Assembly (NCBI RefSeq): GCF_900289195.1
Contig: NZ_OMOH01000001.1
Span: 208,706-240,705 of the forward strand
Direction of reading: 5' to 3'
Length of the DNA: 32,000 nucleotides
Source: Propionibacterium ruminifibrarum
GTDB taxonomy: Bacteria; Actinomycetota; Actinomycetes; Propionibacteriales; Propionibacteriaceae
A program made the translations under genes and the position numbers. Below are positions 27,419 to 32,000 of this stretch, piece after piece. The notes under the pieces were generated by a model. It had not been told where the DNA came from and searched no databases. It saw only the letters and a list, made by a program, of their open reading frames with translations. The first letter of the stretch is position 1. Every line of letters starts with the position of its first letter.

Positions 27419-28533
27419 GAGGCGTTCTTCCGTGCGACGGAACGGGCTGCGCTGAGTGGCCCGATCGTCACGAGGACGGCCACGACCACGAGCAGGACCA
27501 GGCCGGCGACGAGCCAGCGGTTCCAGACCAGGCCGAGGACGATGACGCCGAAGGCGACCAGCGCGGTCCACATGTACATGATGAGCACGGCCTTGACCTG
27601 CGAGTGGCCGCGCTGGAGCAGGCGGTGGTGCAGGTGCTTCTTGTCGGCCACGAACCACCAGTTGCCGTTCCAGGTGCGGCGGACGTATGCCAGCGTCAGG
27701 TCGGCCAGCGGAATCGCCATGACGGCGATCGGCAGCAGGATGGGCAGCAGCGCGGGCAGGACATCACCGCTGCTGGGCGTCAGCGCGGACGAGTCGATCT
27801 GGCCGGTGAGCGAGATCGTGCTGCACGCCAGCAGGAGCCCCAGCAGCATTGACCCCGAATCACCCATGAACATGCGGGCCCGGTGGAAATTGTGCGGCAG
27901 GAACCCGGCGCAGACCCCCGCGATGGTCGCGCTGACCAGCGAGGCCGTCGTCGCCACGACGAACTGCTGCTGGTAGGCCAGCAGATAGGTGTAGACGAAC
28001 AGTGCGAGCGCTCCGATGCCCACGACCCCGGCGGCCAGACCGTCCAGCCCGTCGATGAGGTTGATGGCGTTCACGCAGACGAAGATGTACAGCACCGTGA
28101 TGAGCAGTGATGTCGGCGTGTCGAGGGCGATGATCTGGTGCGGCAGGCTCACCCAGTACATGCGCACGCCGTTGAGGACGACGACGCCGGCAGCGAGCAC
28201 CTGCCCGGCGATCTTGGCCATCCACGGCAGATCGATCACGTCGTCGATGGCGCCGATGACGCAGATGACGGCAGCGGCTGCGAAGATCCCCAGCGCGTCG
28301 TGCGTCAGTGTGGCGTGCCGCCCGAGGAAGGGCAGGTGGATGGCCAGGAGGAAGGCGGCGAGGACGCCGATGAGCATGGCCATGCCCCCCAGGTAGGGCG
28401 TCGGGCGCGAGTGCACATCGCGTTCGCGCACCGGCGCGAGAGCGCCCGCACGCACGGCACCGCGTCGGCACGGCCCGCAGAACAGGAATGTGCCGAGGGC
28501 CGCGATGAGCATGACCAGGACGTATTCGCGCAT
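27415..28533 (-). CDS. wecA: Polyprenyl-phosphate GlcNAc-1-phosphate transferase (WecA/Rfe, MraY-like GT4 family)
   Basis: It is polytopic, with the blocks GAIDDVIDL, NAINLIDGLDGLAAG and MGDSGSMLLG. Confidence 0.92.
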   Translation of the reverse strand: MREYVLVMLIAALGTFLFCGPCRRGAVRAGALAPVRERDVHSRPTPYLGGMAMLIGVLAAFLLAIHLPFLGRHATLTHDALGIFAAAAVICVIGAIDDVIDLPWMAKIAGQVLAAGVVVLNGVRMYWVSLPHQIIALDTPTSLLITVLYIFVCVNAINLIDGLDGLAAGVVGIGALALFVYTYLLAYQQQFVVATTASLVSATIAGVCAGFLPHNFHRARMFMGDSGSMLLGLLLACSTISLTGQIDSSALTPSSGDVLPALLPILLPIAVMAIPLADLTLAYVRRTWNGNWWFVADKKHLHHRLLQRGHSQVKAVLIMYMWTALVAFGVIVLGLVWNRWLVAGLVLLVVVAVLVTIGPLSAARSVARKNAS

Positions 28534-28541
28534 GTGTCGCC

Positions 28542-29336
28542 TCAGGTCGTGGCCCGGTCAGGCGTTTCGGCCGGGTCCAGGGTCTCGGCGTCCGAGGTCT
28601 CGGCGGGGTCGCCGGGCTCGGAGCCGGCGTCCGGGTCGGGAGCCGGGTTCTGGATGTCCTCGAGGCCGGGGCTGCACTCGAGGAGCTCGTCGTAGCCGAT
28701 CGCGCCGGTACGCAGGATGCGTCCGCCGTACCTCTTCGTGAAGTCGACGATCGTCGAGGCGGTCGGGCCGGGCGTCGGGCCCCCGTCGAGGTAGACGGCA
28801 ACCGTGTCCGCGAGCATGGCCCGGGCCCGTTCCACGGTGGTCGCCGCCTCCTGACCGGAGATGTTCGCGCTCGAGACGGCGAGCGGTCCGGTGTGGCGCA
28901 GCAGCTCGCGGGCGTCGTCGTTGTCGGGGACGCGCACGGCGATCGTGCCACCGCTCTCCCCCAGGTCCATCTGCAGGCTCGTGGGCGCGCGCAGGATCAG
29001 GGTGAGTGCGCCGGGCCAGAACCTGGCCACCATGCGCTTGGCCCCCGGCGGAACGGCTGCGGCCAGGGCCGGCAGCATGGCGGGTTCCGCGATGAGGACG
29101 GGCGGCGGCATGTCGCGCCCGCGGTGCTTGGCGTCGAGGAGCTCCTGGACGGCCTGCGGCGAGAACGGATCGGCGCCGACGCCGTAGACGGTGTCGGTGG
29201 GCAGGACGACGAGCCGGCCGGCCTTCACGGCCCGCTGTGCCGCCGCCATCGCCTCGTCGTGCTCGGTGCGCAGGTCGAAGCACAGGGCGGGCACTGCGGC
29301 CGTCTCGTTCTCGTTGGCCTCATTCACGGTGCTCAT
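28542..29336 (-). CDS. tsaC: L-threonylcarbamoyladenylate synthase (TsaC/YrdC-domain only) with an acidic low-complexity tail
   Basis: It has the YrdC blocks LVVLPTDTVYGVGADPF, SSANISGQ and ASTIVDFT. I do not recognise a Sua5 C-terminal domain. About 39 aa of Pro/Asp/Glu/Thr-rich tail stands in its place. Confidence 0.88.
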   Translation of the reverse strand: MSTVNEANENETAAVPALCFDLRTEHDEAMAAAQRAVKAGRLVVLPTDTVYGVGADPFSPQAVQELLDAKHRGRDMPPPVLIAEPAMLPALAAAVPPGAKRMVARFWPGALTLILRAPTSLQMDLGESGGTIAVRVPDNDDARELLRHTGPLAVSSANISGQEAATTVERARAMLADTVAVYLDGGPTPGPTASTIVDFTKRYGGRILRTGAIGYDELLECSPGLEDIQNPAPDPDAGSEPGDPAETSDAETLDPAETPDRATT

Positions 29337-30226
29337 TCTTCCACCTCATCCCGGGGCCGCCTCGGGGCGCGCACCGCACTGACGAAGCGGGGCAGGCCGG
29401 TCAGGTCCGGGTGGTCCTCGATCGTGTGGAAGAATCCGGTGTCGGCGAGCAGCTGCGGCGCCGAGCCGCCCTGCGTGTCGTCGTGCTCGGCCACGAGCCA
29501 GCCGCCGGTTCTCAGGAGCCTGGCCGCCGTGCCGGCGAGCACGCGCAGGGCGTCCAGGCCGTCCGCACCCGCGAAGAGGGCCTCGTGCGGGTCGTGGTCG
29601 ACGACGTCGGCGGGCAGCTGGGACGCGGCGGTCTCGGGGATGTACGGCGGGTTGGCGACGACCAGGTCGACGTGTCCGTCGAGTTCGTGGAGTGCATCGG
29701 CCATGTCGGCGTGAACGACTTCGACGCCCCGCGGCTCCAGGTTCCGCCTGGCCCACTGCAGGGCCTCGTCGGAGTTCTCGACGGCCCAGATGCGTGGCCG
29801 CCCGGGGTACTCGTCGGCGATCGATGCCGCGATGACACCCGATCCGGTGCACAGGTCGACGACGACGGGCTCGGGGCCCGTTGACGGGCGCAGGGCGACG
29901 AGTTGGCGCAGCGCGAACTGGACGACGCTCTCGGTCTCGGGGCGCGGGATGAACACGCCCGGCCCGACGAGCACCTTGATCGTGCGGAACCATGCCACGC
30001 CGGTCAGGTGCTGGAGCGGTTCGCCGCTGCTGCGGCGGACGAGCAGTTCCTCGTAGCGGCGTGCCACGACGTCGTCGAGTTCCCGGGTCGTGGCCAGCCC
30101 CGACGGTTCCAGTCGTGCGGCATGGGCCAGCAGGAGCCGGGCGTCGGCGCGGGGGGTCGGCAGGCCGGCCCGGGCGAGGCGCTCGATGCCCTCGCGGATC
30201 ATCGCCGCGGGACGGTTGGGGGTCAT
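29333..30226 (-). CDS. prmC: Release-factor glutamine N5-methyltransferase PrmC (HemK)
   Basis: It has the SAM-binding block VVDLCTGSG and the catalytic NPPY motif (VVANPPYIP). There are 4-nt overlaps with both prfA and tsaC. Confidence 0.93.
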   Translation of the reverse strand: MTPNRPAAMIREGIERLARAGLPTPRADARLLLAHAARLEPSGLATTRELDDVVARRYEELLVRRSSGEPLQHLTGVAWFRTIKVLVGPGVFIPRPETESVVQFALRQLVALRPSTGPEPVVVDLCTGSGVIAASIADEYPGRPRIWAVENSDEALQWARRNLEPRGVEVVHADMADALHELDGHVDLVVANPPYIPETAASQLPADVVDHDPHEALFAGADGLDALRVLAGTAARLLRTGGWLVAEHDDTQGGSAPQLLADTGFFHTIEDHPDLTGLPRFVSAVRAPRRPRDEVEE

Positions 30227-31299
30227 CGCCGGCCCACCTGGTTGAGACGCTCGGCCAGATCGGCCTCGTGAAGCGCCGCGAGGACCGGGCCGAGTTCCCC
30301 TGCGAGGACGGCATCCAGGTTGTGCGCCTTGAAGCCGATGCGGTGGTCGGTGATGCGGTTCTCGGGGAAGTTGTAGGTGCGGATGCGCTCCGAGCGGTCG
30401 ACCGTGCGCACCTGGGAACGCCGGGCCTGCTCCGCGGCCGCGGCGGCCTCCTGCTCGGCGGCGGCGGCGAGACGCGCGCGCAGGATCCGCATGGCCTGCT
30501 CCTTGTTCTGCAGCTGGCTGCGCTGGTCCTGGCAGGTGACGACGATGCCACTGGGCAGGTGCGTGATCCGTACGGCCGAGTCGGTGGTGTTGACGCCCTG
30601 ACCGCCCTTGCCGGTGGAGCGGTAGACATCGATGCGCAGGTCGTCGGGGTCGATCTCGATCTCGTCGTCCTCGACGTCGGGCATGACGAGGACGCCGGCG
30701 GCCGAGGTGTGGATGCGCCCGGACGACTCGGTGACGGGGACGCGCTGGACGCGGTGCACCCCGCCCTCGAACTTGAGGACCCCGTAGGGCGCCTCGTCGA
30801 CGCCCTGGCCCGGGCGTGCGCGGAAGGCAACGGTGACCGACTTGTAGCCGCCAAGGTCGGTGCCCTCGGCCTCGAGCACCTCGACGACCCAGCCGGCGTG
30901 CTCGGCGTAACGCCTGTACATGGTCAGCAGATCGCCGGCGAACAGGGCCGACTCCTCACCGCCCTCGCCCGACCTGATCTCCATGATCGCGTCGTCGGCG
31001 TCGTTGGGATCGCGCGGCGCCAGGAGCCGGGTGAGCCGGTCGGCGGCGGCCTCACGGCGGGCGCCGAGTGAGACGACCTCGGCGGCGAAACCCGGGTCGT
31101 CGCCGGCCAGCTCCTCGGCGGCGGCGAGGTCGCCGGTGAGCCGGTCGTACTCGTCGAGGGTTCTCACGATGCCGATCAGCTCCGAGTACCGGCGTCCGAG
31201 GAGACGCGAACGTTTGGGGTCGCCGACCACCTCGGGGTCGGCCAGCTGGGTCTCGAGCTCGGCGAACTCGTCACGCAGTGACTGGGCGGCTTCGAACAC
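30223..31299 (-). CDS. prfA: Peptide chain release factor 1
   Basis: It has the GGQ motif ([22 protein letters not shown]) and the PVT tripeptide (RVPVTES). AAGGAG lies 6 nt before ATG 31299. Confidence 0.97.
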   Translation of the reverse strand: MFEAAQSLRDEFAELETQLADPEVVGDPKRSRLLGRRYSELIGIVRTLDEYDRLTGDLAAAEELAGDDPGFAAEVVSLGARREAAADRLTRLLAPRDPNDADDAIMEIRSGEGGEESALFAGDLLTMYRRYAEHAGWVVEVLEAEGTDLGGYKSVTVAFRARPGQGVDEAPYGVLKFEGGVHRVQRVPVTESSGRIHTSAAGVLVMPDVEDDEIEIDPDDLRIDVYRSTGKGGQGVNTTDSAVRITHLPSGIVVTCQDQRSQLQNKEQAMRILRARLAAAAEQEAAAAAEQARRSQVRTVDRSERIRTYNFPENRITDHRIGFKAHNLDAVLAGELGPVLAALHEADLAERLNQVGRR

Positions 31300-31370
31300 G
31301 TGGCACTCCTTTCCGGGTCCGTCGGCTTCCGGCGGTCGACCCGTACGACGGGCAGGTGGGCCAGGGACGA

Positions 31371-31404
31371 CTCAGGCGCCGAGGGAACTCCCCCGGCGCC
31401 TGAG
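31371..31404 (-). terminator. Long hairpin CTCAGGCGCCG-(agggaactcccc)-CGGCGCCTGAG between the rpmE stop and the prfA start
   Basis: The 11-bp perfect outer stem, with an inner GGG/CCC extension, was read directly from the sequence. It begins 13 nt after the rpmE stop on the minus strand. Confidence 0.5.
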
Positions 31405-31416
31405 TGGGACGAGAGC

Positions 31417-31635
31417 CTACTTGGCTCCCTGACGCTTGCCGTATCGACGTTCGAAGCGCGCCACACGACCACCGGTGTCGAGGATCTTCTGCTTGCCGGT
31501 GTAGAAGGGGTGGCAGTTGCTGCACACATCGGCCGTCATGGTCTGGCCGGGGTAGGTGCTGCGCGTGGTGAACTCGTTGCCGCAGGTGCACACGACCCTG
31601 ACGTCGTGGTACTCGGGATGGGTGGCCTTCTTCAT
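31417..31635 (-). CDS. rpmE: 50S ribosomal protein L31, Cys-containing (zinc-binding) type
   Basis: The product [22 protein letters not shown]...[12 protein letters not shown] carries CxC and CxxC motifs. AGGAGAAGAAC precedes ATG 31635. The longer track ORF was rejected. Confidence 0.95.
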   Translation of the reverse strand: MKKATHPEYHDVRVVCTCGNEFTTRSTYPGQTMTADVCSNCHPFYTGKQKILDTGGRVARFERRYGKRQGAK

Positions 31636-31675
31636 GTTCTTCTCCTGTTTCCTCGTTCCGGGTCGCCCTCGTGGG

Positions 31676-31696
31676 GCCCCGCGCGAAGTGCGGGGC
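31676..31696 (-). terminator. 7-bp GC hairpin (GCCCCGC-n7-GCGGGGC) in the rho-rpmE intergenic region
   Basis: Read directly from the sequence. It lies about 90 nt downstream of the rho stop on the minus strand. The call is weak. Confidence 0.3.
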
Positions 31697-31785
31697 GGGC
31701 GTGAACCGGAGCGCCGCTCAATGGTAGCCGACGGGTCCAGGTTCATCCAGCGTGCCCGACGGCCAGCGCCGGGGCAGGACCCGCG

Positions 31786-32000
31786 TCAGTCACTACCGGG
31801 TGTCGTCCGGGAGATGACGACCAGGAACTCCGAGTTGTTGCGGGTCTTGCGCAAGCGGCCGAGCAGGGTCTCCGTGGCCTTCTGCTCGTCCAGGCCGGAC
31901 AGCACGCGCCGCAGCTTCCAGATGATGTCGCGTTCCTGGGCGCTCATCAGCAGCTCCTCACGACGAGTGCTGGACGCGTCGACGTTGATGGCCGGGAAGA
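31786..32000 (-). CDS. rho: Transcription termination factor Rho, C-terminal 71 codons (5' part lies outside the window)
   Basis: The minus-strand translation FPAINVDASSTRREELLMSAQERDIIWKLRRVLSGLDEQKATETLLGRLRKTRNNSEFL... matches the conserved Rho C-terminus. The TGA is at 31786-31788. This ORF is not in the supplied track. Confidence 0.88.
   Translation of the reverse strand, partial: FPAINVDASSTRREELLMSAQERDIIWKLRRVLSGLDEQKATETLLGRLRKTRNNSEFLVVISRTTPGSD

Noticed and set aside
27419-27658. Long form of the AtpI-like ORF (228 aa) and long forms of lplA (to 19297), rpmE (to 31746) and atpB (to 26830)
   Set aside because: Each extension overlaps the upstream gene in another frame and is Arg/Pro/Gly-rich. 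Each also bypasses a well-placed internal start with a Shine-Dalgarno sequence or a stop/start overlap.
29346-30854. 502-aa minus-strand ORF overlapping prmC and prfA in another frame
   Set aside because: It is a same-strand frame shadow with extreme Arg/Pro composition. prfA and prmC carry unambiguous motifs (GGQ, NPPY) in their own frames.

Overview
This is a visibly high-GC actinobacterial chromosome segment. It is probably from Propionibacteriaceae, because the methylmalonyl-CoA epimerase closely resembles the Propionibacterium enzyme as I remember it; that is inference, not a search result. The window is densely coding core genome.

**Left third, mixed strands:** the GlgE-pathway alpha-glucan genes treS (5'-truncated), pep2 and glgB come first. 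They are followed by a GNAT-remnant/Nudix fusion, pgm, a thioredoxin-fold/TPR protein and methylmalonyl-CoA epimerase.

**Middle:** an orphan 139-aa protein, then a co-directional trio on the + strand: a giant DUF2339-like membrane protein, a PlsC-type acyltransferase and a DivIVA-domain coiled-coil protein. After these come nucS, a divergent Zn-ribbon protein plus alpha/beta hydrolase pair, a lipoprotein cyclophilin and a PduO-type cobalamin adenosyltransferase.

**Right 14 kb, minus strand:** one uninterrupted co-directional array runs rho(partial)-rpmE-prfA-prmC-tsaC-wecA-atpI-atpZ-atpBEFHAGDC-DUF2550-lplA. Many stop/start codons overlap. The order matches the M. tuberculosis rho..atpC..Rv1312 order as I recall it.

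I found no CRISPR array, tRNA or rRNA gene, transposase or integrase, prophage, or recognisable defence or toxin-antitoxin module. I do not see convincing evidence for a novel multi-gene system, and the region looks ordinary.

**Most notable observations:**
1. The DivIVA-domain protein carries 33 in-phase hendecad (11-residue) repeats. Its neighbourhood with a DUF2339 membrane protein and an acyltransferase may be relevant.
2. An uncharacterised CxxC...HxxxC protein is GTGA-coupled to a hydrolase and sits head-to-head with nucS.
3. A truncated GNAT domain is fused to a perfect Nudix box.
4. The lipoate-protein ligase is circularly permuted and is appended to the ATP synthase operon.
5. The ATP synthase has mycobacteria-like elaborations: a duplicated delta N-domain without b-delta fusion, and an alpha C-terminal tail.

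The many very long ORFs antisense to real genes are typical high-GC artefacts and were rejected.
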